DNA from: an uncultured Muribaculaceae bacterium
Lineage (GTDB): Bacteria; Cyanobacteriota; Vampirovibrionia; Gastranaerophilales; Gastranaerophilaceae
Assembly (NCBI GenBank): GCA_964572355.1
Contig: CAZNEN010000002.1
Coordinates: 61,168-125,167 of the forward strand
Direction: 5' to 3'
Length of the DNA: 64,000 nucleotides
Shown: positions 37,229 to 46,673 of the stretch, one piece after another
Position numbering within the stretch: position 1 is the first letter of the stretch
How the letters are laid out: the number at the start of each line of letters is the position of its first letter
Translations under genes and position numbers: made by a program
Notes under the pieces: generated by a model
Seen by the model: the letters and a program-made list of their open reading frames with translations, nothing else
What the model was told of the DNA's origin: nothing
Database searches by the model: none

Positions 37229-38353
37229 TTATTTCTTATAATCGTACCATTTTTCAAAGGTTGAGAAGAAAATTAAAGCATAGTTTTTCTTTCCGCACTC
37301 GATTCTGAAAATCTTATCAAAGAAGAAAAAAACGGGATAATAGACAAAAAACGGCATTTTAGTAAATCTGTTTATTAAAAATAATGTGCGGTTCCTGACA
37401 AATTCTTTATCTTCTTCTTTCATATTAAGATGTTTAAAATCATATTTCATTTTATTAAAGAATTCTCGTTTATAGGGCAGCTTAACTTTCATAAACCACC
37501 AGTAAAGCGTTATGACTTTATAATCCCAGTAATAATATTTCATTTCGTCGAAGAGGTTTATTTGTTTTAAATTATCACCTATTAAATTGAAAATTTTAAA
37601 ATAATCAAAGAAGGTTTTATTTCTTGTATTTGTGACAGCATTTTTTCTGTTGTATCTGTAATATATTAAATCTTCTCTTAAAATTGAAATTTTATCTGCT
37701 TTAAAAAATGCGTCATAGACAAATACATTATCTTCAAAATATATACCGCCAGGGAATTTAACATCTTTTTTAATAAGAAAATCACGTTTGTAAATTTTGT
37801 CCCACGGTACGCTTGTCTGCCAGAAAACACTGTATTTAATATCCCGCCAGTTAAATGTTTTATTGTCAAATTCTTCGGGAATTTGTTTTAATTTGGCGTA
37901 CACATGGTTTTTATCAATTCTGCCCGTTAAATCATCAAATTGATTCCAAGTGCATATTGTAATATCGGACTCCGTTTCCGTAATTTTATTATAAAGCTTT
38001 TCAACAGCGGTTAATTCCATGTAGTCATCGCCATCTATGAAAAATATATAATTACCGCGTGCCATTTTAACACCGAAATTTCTTGCTATTCCTTGTTTTA
38101 AGTTTTCTGAATTCTTATAAACAACGAAACGGCTGTCTTTTTGTGCATATTCATTAACTATCTCAAGTGTTTTATCCGTTGATTTATTATCGACGACAAT
38201 TATTTCAATATCTTTAAATGTTTGATTTACTACACTGTCTAAAGTTTGTCTTATATATTTTTCCACATTATAAACAGCTAAGATAACACTGACTTTTACT
38301 GACATATTCCGCCTTTTTGTAAAATATATATGTTTCAACCTATATTTTATCAT
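37229..38353 (-). CDS. Family 2 glycosyltransferase
   Basis: VSVILAVYNVEKYIRQTLDSVVNQTFKDIEIIVVDNKSTDKT and FIDGDD (DxD). The more likely start is ATG 38305 (MSVKVSVIL...). Confidence 0.85.
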   Translation of the reverse strand: MIKYRLKHIYFTKRRNMSVKVSVILAVYNVEKYIRQTLDSVVNQTFKDIEIIVVDNKSTDKTLEIVNEYAQKDSRFVVYKNSENLKQGIARNFGVKMARGNYIFFIDGDDYMELTAVEKLYNKITETESDITICTWNQFDDLTGRIDKNHVYAKLKQIPEEFDNKTFNWRDIKYSVFWQTSVPWDKIYKRDFLIKKDVKFPGGIYFEDNVFVYDAFFKADKISILREDLIYYRYNRKNAVTNTRNKTFFDYFKIFNLIGDNLKQINLFDEMKYYYWDYKVITLYWWFMKVKLPYKREFFNKMKYDFKHLNMKEEDKEFVRNRTLFLINRFTKMPFFVYYPVFFFFDKIFRIECGKKNYALIFFSTFEKWYDYKK

Positions 38354-38478
38354 TAATTTAAGGAAATCAATAAAATATAATAAAATGATATCGGTCTAAA
38401 TATATTTTTTTATTGTAACGGTTGGTTTTATTTTAGTATAAGTCAAATAATTTTATTGAAAATTTATTTTATCAAAGC

Positions 38479-39207
38479 TCAGCAACCAATAGACAAACCG
38501 GCGCATATATTTATGGATTGTCCCGTTATTGATTTTGCACTGTCAGATATTAAAAATCCGCAAGTCTGTGCAATTTCTTCCTGTGTCACGAATCTTCTTT
38601 GCGGAATAGTTTCTATTATTTCTTCTTTTGAGAAAATTTCTTCCAGATTTTCATTTTCTATTAGTTGAGTATCAACCCAACCGGGGTTTATTATGTTGAC
38701 GGTGATATTGTTCTGTGCCAGTTCAAGCGCAAGTGATTTAGTCAATCCTATTAATGACGCTTTTGTCATGGAATAAACGGAAGCAAATCCCTCCCCCGTA
38801 ACTCCAGATATGGAGCCTATGTTTATAATTCTTCCCCAATTTTGTTTTTTCATGTGGGGAATGACCAGACGGGTAAGCTCATACGGAACTAAAGTATTTA
38901 ATTTAACGGAATTTATAATATCATTTTTTTTCATTTCTTCTATCGGGGAATAAAAATAAACTCCTGCATTATTTATTAAAATATCAATATTTGTATTTAA
39001 TTCATTAAATAATTTTTCTGCGGAATTATCATTATACAAATCAATTGCTGCAAATCCTTTAAATTTATTTTCACTGCATAATTTTTCAAGTTTTTCTTTG
39101 TGTCTGCCGGTTATATAAACGTCAAACCCGCTTGCAAAATACTTTGCAATTTCGAGTCCTATTCCGCGGGATGATCCCGTAATTAATATTTTTTTCTTAT
39201 TCATCAT
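38479..39207 (-). CDS. Short-chain dehydrogenase/reductase (FabG-like)
   Basis: ILITGSSRGIG cofactor loop, NNAG, and the catalytic S...YSMTK triad. Confidence 0.85.
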   Translation of the reverse strand: MMNKKKILITGSSRGIGLEIAKYFASGFDVYITGRHKEKLEKLCSENKFKGFAAIDLYNDNSAEKLFNELNTNIDILINNAGVYFYSPIEEMKKNDIINSVKLNTLVPYELTRLVIPHMKKQNWGRIINIGSISGVTGEGFASVYSMTKASLIGLTKSLALELAQNNITVNIINPGWVDTQLIENENLEEIFSKEEIIETIPQRRFVTQEEIAQTCGFLISDSAKSITGQSINICAGLSIGC

Positions 39208-39520
39208 CTACATTTGTTATAAAACTTAATAGCGACATAATAAAGGAATTTATTATTTCTTTTTTCTCATTATCATCAAGAGTTTTTATAAATTCAATAC
39301 AAGTGTGAAGATTGTAATTTCTGTCATACCACCTGTTGTATCCGGGAGGCGCATTATCTGTCATATTTTGAATTGCAGAATCAAATTTATCTTTATATTT
39401 AGCAAGAATTATCTGCAGAAAATCCTGTGCTATCAATTCAACATTATACTCATCAACTGTTTCGAGGAGCAGTATAAGTGATTTTAAATCGGGATATTTA
39501 TCATACCAGCGCTTATACAT
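39197..39520 (-). CDS. Hypothetical 107-aa protein with duplicated RWYD motif
   Basis: KRWYDKYPDL and NRWYDRNYNL occur about 60 residues apart. The gene is packed between the HIT and SDR genes (6-nt gap, 11-nt overlap), which supports it being real. Confidence 0.6.
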   Translation of the reverse strand: MYKRWYDKYPDLKSLILLLETVDEYNVELIAQDFLQIILAKYKDKFDSAIQNMTDNAPPGYNRWYDRNYNLHTCIEFIKTLDDNEKKEIINSFIMSLLSFITNVDDE

Positions 39521-39526
39521 AACGGT

Positions 39527-39862
39527 CTAACCTGCGGGCCAATTAAATTCTCTGCCTGCCATTACATGTACATGGATATGAAATACTGTTTGACCTGCAC
39601 TCTTACCTGTATTAATAACGGTTCTGTATTCTTTTATTCCCAGTTTTTTTGTTATTTTGGGAATAGCGGAAAATATATCAGCAAATGCTTCTTTTGAATC
39701 AATATCATTTAATGATGAATAGTGTTTTTTCGGTATTACAAGAAAATGCACGGGTGCCTGCGGGTTTAAATCATTAAATGCAATAACTTTATCATTTTCA
39801 AAAATAAAATTTGACGGGATTTCTTTATTTATTATTTTGCAAAATATACAGTCATTATTCAT
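39527..39862 (-). CDS. HIT-family (histidine triad) nucleotide hydrolase
   Basis: CIFCKI N-terminus and the HIHVHVMAG histidine triad. I chose the start at ATG 39862 (AGAGG SD); the ORF-track start at 39910 adds 16 residues. Confidence 0.88.
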   Translation of the reverse strand: MNNDCIFCKIINKEIPSNFIFENDKVIAFNDLNPQAPVHFLVIPKKHYSSLNDIDSKEAFADIFSAIPKITKKLGIKEYRTVINTGKSAGQTVFHIHVHVMAGREFNWPAG

Positions 39863-40134
39863 TTTTAAACCTCTGTTATTAAATATATCTTTATAATATA
39901 GCTTTTTCATATTTTATAAAACATAACCATAAAAAATGCAAATAAAATGTACTTTTAAAGATATTTGTAACAAAAACTTAACATTTTAAAAATTTAGGCA
40001 ATTTCATAATATAAAAATACTTTATATAAATACGAGGATTCAATTAAGTTTTAATTTTGATTCAAATTTTATATTTCATACTTACCTTACTTACTACCTT
40101 TACTAACACACGAGGAAATTGAAAAAGATTTCAG

Positions 40135-40162
40135 AGGAACCCTAAAAAGTTCCTTTTTTTTT
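40135..40162 (+). terminator. Intrinsic terminator oriented for the + strand with no annotated + strand gene upstream
   Basis: AGGAAC-cctaaaaa-GTTCCT followed by a run of about 8-9 T. The T-run touches the purN::purD stop codon on the other strand. Confidence 0.5.
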
Positions 40163-41897
40163 ATGTTTTCGTTTTAAAATCTATATCTGTTCTGAAAATT
40201 TTATTTTTATAGTTTATATTATTAACTGCTTCATATACTTTAGATACCGCATTTCTGCCTGATGCGCAAACAGACAGTACTCTGCCCCCGTCAGTGTATA
40301 AATTGCCGTTTTTTTTCTTTACTCCTGCAAAGAATATTTTTACATCGGATTTGCAATTAATATTGATTTTATCACCGGCAGCCGGATTATAAGGATATCC
40401 TTCAGATGCCAGTACTATACATATTGAAGGTATATTGTTGAATTCTGTTTTTATTTTATCCAGTTTTCTCTGGACTGCTGCGATGAGAATTTCTAATAAA
40501 TCGCTTTTAAGATTCATCATTAATACCTGAGTTTCGGGATCTCCAAAGCGCATATTAAATTCCAGCACCTTTATTCCCGTTTCGGTTAAAATGAGACCGG
40601 AATATATAATACCTGTAAAATCAGCTTTTTCTTTAATTAATGCATTTTTTAATAAGGTTAAATATTCTTTAATCTTAGTTTTATTAATGTTAACCGGGCA
40701 TATTGCGCCCATTCCTCCCGTATTGGGACCTTCATTATTTTCTTTAAGTTTTTTGTAGTCTTTTGCGACCGAAAGAGGCAGGAGTGTTTTGCCATCCCAA
40801 AAGCAAATAAGTGAGAATTCTCTTCCTTGCAGGAATTCTTCAATTACTATTTTTTTTGAAGCTTCTTTGAATTTGCCGTCCAAATAGTCTTTGATTATTT
40901 TTTTTGTATTTTCTTTATTATTTGCAATGCAGACTCCTTTACCTGCCGCAAGACCGTCAGCTTTTATTACAAACGGAAATTTATACGGAATATTTTTTAT
41001 ATCTTCATATTTTTCAATAATTATATAATCTGCTGTAGGAATATTATTTCTTTGCATAAATTTTTTTGCAAAAGATTTAGAGCTTTCAAGTTGTGTCCAA
41101 TATTTGTTTGCGCCTATACATGGTATTCCCGCATTTGAGAATATATCTGTAATGCCGTCAGCAAGCGGTTGTTCCGGACCTATGAGAACTAAATTTATAT
41201 TTTTTTCTTTTGATTTTTCCGCAAGTTCCTTATAGTTTTCGGCGTATATTATTTCTCCGAGATTTTTAAATCCGTCGTTTGATCCGAATAGGTATAATTT
41301 ATTTAATAGTTTCGATTGTAATAATTTATCGGCCAGAGCATGTTCTCTGGCACCTGAACCTATTAAAAGAACATTATATTGTTTAATAAGTTTTTCAATT
41401 GTTCGGGGCAGAAGTTTATGTTCGGCTTTGTGTATTTCTCTTTCGAGTTCTTTAAGTGTCATGTCTGGATTTATTTTAACTGTTTTCTGTGCTATTATTT
41501 CGCCCGAATCAACTTCTTTTGAAACATAGTGAACGGTTACCCCCGTTTTTTTAACTTTTGCGTTAAATGCTCTTTCTATTGCATTTTTCCCTTTAAATTC
41601 GGGTAATAGCGACGGATGTATATTTATAAATTTCCCCTCCTTAAGCATATCTTCAGAAAGAATACGCATATATCCCGCCAGAACTATTAAATCAAATTTG
41701 TTTTTTTGTAAAAAAGCTAACGTATTTTCATATTTAATGCAAAAAGATTTTATCCCGAGCCGCTTTGCCCTTTTTAATACATAAGCATTGTAATTATCAG
41801 ATACACAGGTAAATTCTATCGAACTGTTTTTAAAATAATTAATAACAGCTTCAAAATTAGAACCGCTGCCTGAAGCAAATATTGCAATTTTTGTCAT
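40161..41897 (-). CDS. purN/purD: Fusion protein: phosphoribosylglycinamide formyltransferase (PurN, N-terminal ~180 aa) + phosphoribosylamine-glycine ligase (PurD)
   Basis: PurN: IAIFASGSGSNFEAV, NIHPSLLPEFKG, VHYVSKEVDSGEII. PurD from about nt 41380: VLLIGSGAREHALADKL, GPNTGGMGA, EFNMRFGDPETQ. It is a single 578-codon frame. Confidence 0.9.
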   Translation of the reverse strand: MTKIAIFASGSGSNFEAVINYFKNSSIEFTCVSDNYNAYVLKRAKRLGIKSFCIKYENTLAFLQKNKFDLIVLAGYMRILSEDMLKEGKFINIHPSLLPEFKGKNAIERAFNAKVKKTGVTVHYVSKEVDSGEIIAQKTVKINPDMTLKELEREIHKAEHKLLPRTIEKLIKQYNVLLIGSGAREHALADKLLQSKLLNKLYLFGSNDGFKNLGEIIYAENYKELAEKSKEKNINLVLIGPEQPLADGITDIFSNAGIPCIGANKYWTQLESSKSFAKKFMQRNNIPTADYIIIEKYEDIKNIPYKFPFVIKADGLAAGKGVCIANNKENTKKIIKDYLDGKFKEASKKIVIEEFLQGREFSLICFWDGKTLLPLSVAKDYKKLKENNEGPNTGGMGAICPVNINKTKIKEYLTLLKNALIKEKADFTGIIYSGLILTETGIKVLEFNMRFGDPETQVLMMNLKSDLLEILIAAVQRKLDKIKTEFNNIPSICIVLASEGYPYNPAAGDKININCKSDVKIFFAGVKKKNGNLYTDGGRVLSVCASGRNAVSKVYEAVNNINYKNKIFRTDIDFKTKT

Positions 41898-42828
41898 TAT
41901 CTTTTATTACTCCAAGTTTAAACGGATTATATTTTTTACATATTTTAATTATTTCGTCAAAGTTTTCGGGATTTGCAATAATACAAAAACCGACTCCCAT
42001 ATTGAACACTTTATATGCTTCTTGTTCTCCCGTATATTTTTTTATTTTTTCAAATATCTGCTGGGGAGGAATAAGTTTCAAATCAATTTCGCCGCATAAA
42101 TTGTCGGGGATTATTCTTTTCAAGTTAGCGGCAATACCGCCACCTGTTATATTTGCGCAGGCTTTTATTAATTTTTTATTACAAAGTTCCGAAATCTCTT
42201 TTGTATAAATGCAGGAGGGTTTAAGAGCTGATAGAAATTCATTGCAGGTTAAGAGTTTCTCTTTATATAATTTTCTTACAAGAGTAAATCCGTTTGCATG
42301 TATTCCGTTGGAGGTAAGACCTATAATAATATCACCTTTATTAACATTTTCTTTTTTCAGAAGATTTTCTTTCCTTACAAGACCTACGGAAAAACCGGCA
42401 ATATCAAAATAATTTTCTTTGATTAAATCTTTAAGTTCCGAAGTTTCTCCTCCGAGAAGAATTGTATTATATATGTCAAGTTGTTCCTTAAGACTTTTTA
42501 TTATTTTTCCTGTAAATATTTCGTCTAATTTATTTACGGCAATATAGTCAAGAAAAAATAAAGGAGCCGCACCCGAACAGATTAAGTCATTAAAATTAAC
42601 CGCAATTAAATCACATGCAATAAAGTCATATAAATTGTTATCAATTAAAGGTATAATTTTAGAGCCAATGCCGTCGGAAGTTGCCGCTATATAGTAATCC
42701 GGAAGAGCCGGATGCTCTGTAATCCCTGCAAAAAGTCCGATATTGTTACTTTTTACTGTATTCTTTATTAAAGCCGTTAAAAAGTCGGCTTTTTCTGTAT
42801 CTACTCCTGATTCCAAGTATGTAAACAT
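41857..42828 (-). CDS. purM: Phosphoribosylformylglycinamidine cyclo-ligase (AIR synthetase)
   Basis: YLESGVD, ATSDGIGSKI, LFFLDYIA, GGETSE and NITGGG. The 3' end overlaps purN::purD by 41 nt. Confidence 0.9.
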   Translation of the reverse strand: MFTYLESGVDTEKADFLTALIKNTVKSNNIGLFAGITEHPALPDYYIAATSDGIGSKIIPLIDNNLYDFIACDLIAVNFNDLICSGAAPLFFLDYIAVNKLDEIFTGKIIKSLKEQLDIYNTILLGGETSELKDLIKENYFDIAGFSVGLVRKENLLKKENVNKGDIIIGLTSNGIHANGFTLVRKLYKEKLLTCNEFLSALKPSCIYTKEISELCNKKLIKACANITGGGIAANLKRIIPDNLCGEIDLKLIPPQQIFEKIKKYTGEQEAYKVFNMGVGFCIIANPENFDEIIKICKKYNPFKLGVIKDNDKNCNICFRQRF

Positions 42829-42918
42829 ATATCTTCCCGTATTTATGATAATTATATCACTAACTTATCTTTATACCCGTATTTCATTTTTTTGTTTTAA
42901 TAATGTTATTATATTTTT

Positions 42919-43743
42919 ATGAAAAAAATTTATAAATTAATAGGCTATGTTATTCTTATTTTAGGTGCAATTTCTATGATTCTGCCATTTGTTTATATGG
43001 TTAGTTTATCATTTATGACCGATAAACAGATTTTTTCCGCTGCGGTTAATTTTATACCCTTGCCATTTACAGTGGATAATTATAAATATGTAATAAATTA
43101 TGCGGATATTTTCAGATTCTTTTTTAACAGTATGTTCGTTGCAATTGCAACAACACTGGGACAAGTTATAATTTCGGCACTTGCAGGTTATGGTTTTGCA
43201 CGTTTTAATTTTAAGTTTAAAGAACAATTATTCTTTTTGGTAATAGTAACAATGATGATACCTCCGCAAGTTAATATAATCCCTTTGTTTTATATAATGA
43301 AAGAGTTTAATTGGATTGATACATATCAGGCTTTGATTATTCCGGGATTATTCGGAGGATTTGGCGTATTTATGATGCGGCAATGGTTTAAATCAATACC
43401 TGAAGATATGGAATTATCAGCGCGGATTGACGGTTGTAATACTTTTCAGGTTTTCCTGCAAATAGCAATGCCGCTGGCATTACCTGCATTAATTACACTT
43501 GCGATTTTTACTTTTATTACGACTTGGAACAGTTTTATGTGGCCTCTGGTTGTAACCAATACGGAAGTAATGAGGACTCTTCCTTTAAGTATTGCGGATT
43601 TTAAAGGAAGTTTCAGAGAAGTAACGGACTGGGGTGCATTAACCGCATATTCCGTTATTTGCACTGTCCCTGTTATATTAATATTTTTACTAGGCAGGAA
43701 ATATTTCATTAATGATATCTTGAACGGCAGTGTAAAAGAATAA
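42919..43743 (+). CDS. Carbohydrate-type (CUT1, MalG-like) ABC transporter permease
   Basis: Six TM segments and the EAA loop ELSARIDGCNTFQVFLQIAMPLALPAL. No partner ATPase, binding protein or second permease occurs in the window. Confidence 0.8.
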   Translation: MKKIYKLIGYVILILGAISMILPFVYMVSLSFMTDKQIFSAAVNFIPLPFTVDNYKYVINYADIFRFFFNSMFVAIATTLGQVIISALAGYGFARFNFKFKEQLFFLVIVTMMIPPQVNIIPLFYIMKEFNWIDTYQALIIPGLFGGFGVFMMRQWFKSIPEDMELSARIDGCNTFQVFLQIAMPLALPALITLAIFTFITTWNSFMWPLVVTNTEVMRTLPLSIADFKGSFREVTDWGALTAYSVICTVPVILIFLLGRKYFINDILNGSVKE

Positions 43744-43842
43744 AATATTCATATAAATATATGATTTATTTTAAAATAATGACAAATATAATTTTTTTAT
43801 TAATAAGTAATATGTGTATGGTAATATCAAAAGGTTTTACGG

Positions 43843-44076
43843 ATGATAAACAGTTTAAAGAATATGGTATCACAAATTTTATATGCTCCCGTATCAGTTC
43901 AAACTTCGGCAGCTAAATCAAGCGGTTATAATCCGTTTGAAAATCCTTTTGTTCAATCTCAATCATTAAGAAGCAGCAGTTATGCCGTAAACAAACCCGT
44001 AAAGGGCGGCTATTTCGCAGGATATTACAACGGAAAACCCAATATTGTGGGCAGAAGGCTTTTTATCGAGGCATAA
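43843..44076 (+). CDS. Hypothetical 77-aa protein
   Basis: The ATG has AAGG 8 nt upstream. The product is S/Q/N/Y-rich with a basic C-terminus (GGYFAGYYNGKPNIVGRRLFIEA). There is no recognisable family, so coding status is uncertain. Confidence 0.4.
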   Translation: MINSLKNMVSQILYAPVSVQTSAAKSSGYNPFENPFVQSQSLRSSSYAVNKPVKGGYFAGYYNGKPNIVGRRLFIEA

Positions 44077-44109
44077 TAAAGGTAATAAGTTTTTAATATC
44101 CGTAACAAT

Positions 44110-45474
44110 TTAAAATTCTGTCGTTTTAGTCGGATTTTTAAATTTTGTTATATTTGCCTGGAATAAAAGATTAATATCACCCGTAGGACCGTTTCTGTGT
44201 TTTGCAATAATTATTTCGGCTTTACCTTTGTTCGTTACATCATCTTTATTGTAATATTCATCTCTGTATATAAACATTACGATATCAGCATCCTGTTCTA
44301 TTGCGCCTGAATCTCTCAAATCAGACAGCATCGGCCGTTTATTGGGACGTGCTTCAACTCCTCTTGACAGCTGTGAAAGAGCAATTATCGGGACATCAAG
44401 TTCTCTGGCAAGTCCTTTCAATGAACGTGAAATAGCAGAAATCTGCTGGTTTCTGTCATTAGGGTTTCCGCCTCCCTCCATTAACTGTAAGTAATCTATT
44501 ACAATTAGTCCCAAGTCTTTTTCTTCCATCATAAGACGTCTGCATTTTGCTTTAATATCCGTTGCGGTGATACCTGATGTATCATCTATATAAATTCTGG
44601 CATCGGACAGCCGTGTCATTGCTTCAACCAGTTTTTCCCAATCTTTAGGCTGCATATGTCCCGACGTTATTCTCTGTGTATCAACTTCCGCTTCTGAACA
44701 TAACATACGTTTTACAAGCTGCTGCTTTGGCATTTCAAGAGAAAATATTGCAACTCCTTTTTTCCCTTTTAAAGCAACATTTTGTGCCAGATTAAGTGCA
44801 AAAGCGGTTTTCCCCATGGAAGGACGTGCCGCAAGAATAATCAAATCAGATTTTTGAAGACCTGATGTTAATGCATCCAAATCATAAAATCCCGTTGTGA
44901 CTCCGACAAGATCATCTTTATTGTTATATCTTAATTCTATTTGTTCATAGCTTGTTACTACAAGATCCTGAATCGGAATTAAGTCGCTCGAGTCTTTTTG
45001 TGCCGCAATATTAAAAATCAGTTTTTGTGCATTATCAAGCACTATATCGGTTTCTTCATTTTCATAAGACATTGATACTATTTCGGAACCGGCATTTATA
45101 AGTGCGCGTTTTATTTCTTTTTCCTGGATAATCTTGGCATAAAATTCTATATTTGCGGTTGTAACAACATTTAAGGCTAAATCGTTAATATAAGCTCTGC
45201 CTCCGGCATTTTCCAGTTCTTCTTTATTTCGTAAATATTCTGATACGGTTAATATGTCAATCGGTTGGTTTTTTCTGAAAAGTTCTAAAATTGCTTCAAA
45301 AATGATTTTATGTGCAGGCTTATAAAAACTTTCGGGTCTTATAAATTCCACTATACGACCTAAAGATACAGGGTTAACCAAGACAGCACCGAGGACTGCT
45401 TCTTCTGCTTCCACACTTTGCGGTAATAATTTAAGCATGCCGACCTCAGGCTGCTTCACGACTTTACTTGCCAA
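44110..45474 (-). CDS. dnaB: Replicative DNA helicase DnaB
   Basis: PQSVEAEEAVLGAVL N-terminus, Walker A ARPSMGKTAFAL, SLEM, DYLQLM and IIALSQLSR. 454 aa with no intein. Confidence 0.95.
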   Translation of the reverse strand: MASKVVKQPEVGMLKLLPQSVEAEEAVLGAVLVNPVSLGRIVEFIRPESFYKPAHKIIFEAILELFRKNQPIDILTVSEYLRNKEELENAGGRAYINDLALNVVTTANIEFYAKIIQEKEIKRALINAGSEIVSMSYENEETDIVLDNAQKLIFNIAAQKDSSDLIPIQDLVVTSYEQIELRYNNKDDLVGVTTGFYDLDALTSGLQKSDLIILAARPSMGKTAFALNLAQNVALKGKKGVAIFSLEMPKQQLVKRMLCSEAEVDTQRITSGHMQPKDWEKLVEAMTRLSDARIYIDDTSGITATDIKAKCRRLMMEEKDLGLIVIDYLQLMEGGGNPNDRNQQISAISRSLKGLARELDVPIIALSQLSRGVEARPNKRPMLSDLRDSGAIEQDADIVMFIYRDEYYNKDDVTNKGKAEIIIAKHRNGPTGDINLLFQANITKFKNPTKTTEF

Positions 45475-45503
45475 TTTGCCTCCGGATTTATGATTTTTAT
45501 AAT

Positions 45504-46079
45504 TTATTCTGCAAATGCTTTTGAATTGTTATTATATTCAAGCGACAATTCTTTCGTTTTGTCTTTTTGTTGTGCAAGATACTCCTGACCGTTTCGTACT
45601 ATTCTGTGGATTTGCTGTATATCACGGTCAAGATTACTCAGTACCTGCTCTGCGTATGCTTGAGCTCCTTCTCTTGTTTGAAGAGCTTCCTGATATGCAC
45701 TTCTTCTTATTGACTCTGCCTCTTCTGTCGCTTTGTTCTTCATCTCTTCGCAGCTTTCTTTAACCTGCTCTTGAATTTTTGCTGCTTTTTCTCTTACTGC
45801 ACGGATTAATTCCGATTCGCTGAGTATACTTGCGGCAGTATTTTGAGCTTCATTTATTATTCTGTCTGCTCTGTTTTGTGCTTCCATGTAAATATCATCG
45901 CGTCTTTTCAGTATCATTTCAGCCGTTTTTATTTCTTCCGGTAAAATAGCTCTTATTTTGCTTAAAATATCCTGTATGTCATCCGTATTCATAAATAAGC
46001 AGTAGCCGCCGACATGGAATTTGTTATCCAGCATTTCGTCTGCTTCATCTATTAAATGACTTACTCTTAATTCTGTCAT
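45504..46079 (-). CDS. Hypothetical coiled-coil protein (ATPase b/G/H-subunit-like heptad-rich region)
   Basis: 191 aa, A/E/Q/R-rich helical from about residue 45. It lies 4 nt downstream of coaD on the same strand. Confidence 0.6.
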   Translation of the reverse strand: MTELRVSHLIDEADEMLDNKFHVGGYCLFMNTDDIQDILSKIRAILPEEIKTAEMILKRRDDIYMEAQNRADRIINEAQNTAASILSESELIRAVREKAAKIQEQVKESCEEMKNKATEEAESIRRSAYQEALQTREGAQAYAEQVLSNLDRDIQQIHRIVRNGQEYLAQQKDKTKELSLEYNNNSKAFAE

Positions 46080-46083
46080 GGTT

Positions 46084-46566
46084 TTAACCTTTCATATATT
46101 TTAATTCTAAATATTTTGCTACCGGTTCCGGAACGAATTTTGATATGTCCCCCTTCATAAGAGCTATTTCTCTTACTGTTCCCGATGATATAAAATTATA
46201 TTTGGGTTTTGTTATAAGAAAGACCGTATGAATGTCACTGCATAAAGCACTGTTTGCCTGCGACAGCTGCATTTCGTATTCAAAATCAGATACCGCTCTG
46301 AGTCCTCTTATTAATACATTAGCATTTTTTCTTTTTGCATATTCAATTGTCAATCCGTCAAAGCTGTCAATTTCTACATTTTTTATATCTTTGCAGGATT
46401 CTTGAATTAATGTAAGCCTGTCTTCAAGAGGTAAAAAATTTTTTTTATTTACATTGACGGATACAACCAGTATTACTTTATCAAATATATTTGCAGCTCT
46501 TTTTAGTACATCTAAATGACCTTTTGTTATCGGATCAAAACTGCCGGGATATATAGCTGTTCTCAA
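46084..46566 (-). CDS. coaD: Phosphopantetheine adenylyltransferase
   Basis: IYPGSFDPITKGHLDV, RGLRAVSDFEYE and ISSGTVRE. Confidence 0.93.
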   Translation of the reverse strand: MRTAIYPGSFDPITKGHLDVLKRAANIFDKVILVVSVNVNKKNFLPLEDRLTLIQESCKDIKNVEIDSFDGLTIEYAKRKNANVLIRGLRAVSDFEYEMQLSQANSALCSDIHTVFLITKPKYNFISSGTVREIALMKGDISKFVPEPVAKYLELKYMKG

Positions 46567-46673
46567 TATTTTTTACCTTTGTTGCAATGCTCACAATATA
46601 ATTATATTGCAATCATGTTTTTAATATTCTTTAAGGAGATTAAATGTTTATGATTTTTTACAATAAATAATTA

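Noticed and set aside
41857-41897. The 41-nt purM / purN::purD overlap, considered as a programmed frameshift site producing a trifunctional protein.
   Set aside because: The purN frame is +1 relative to purM. The only homopolymer (AAAAA) would favour -1 slippage. purN has its own ATG and a normal N-terminus. Simple overlap or translational coupling is more parsimonious.
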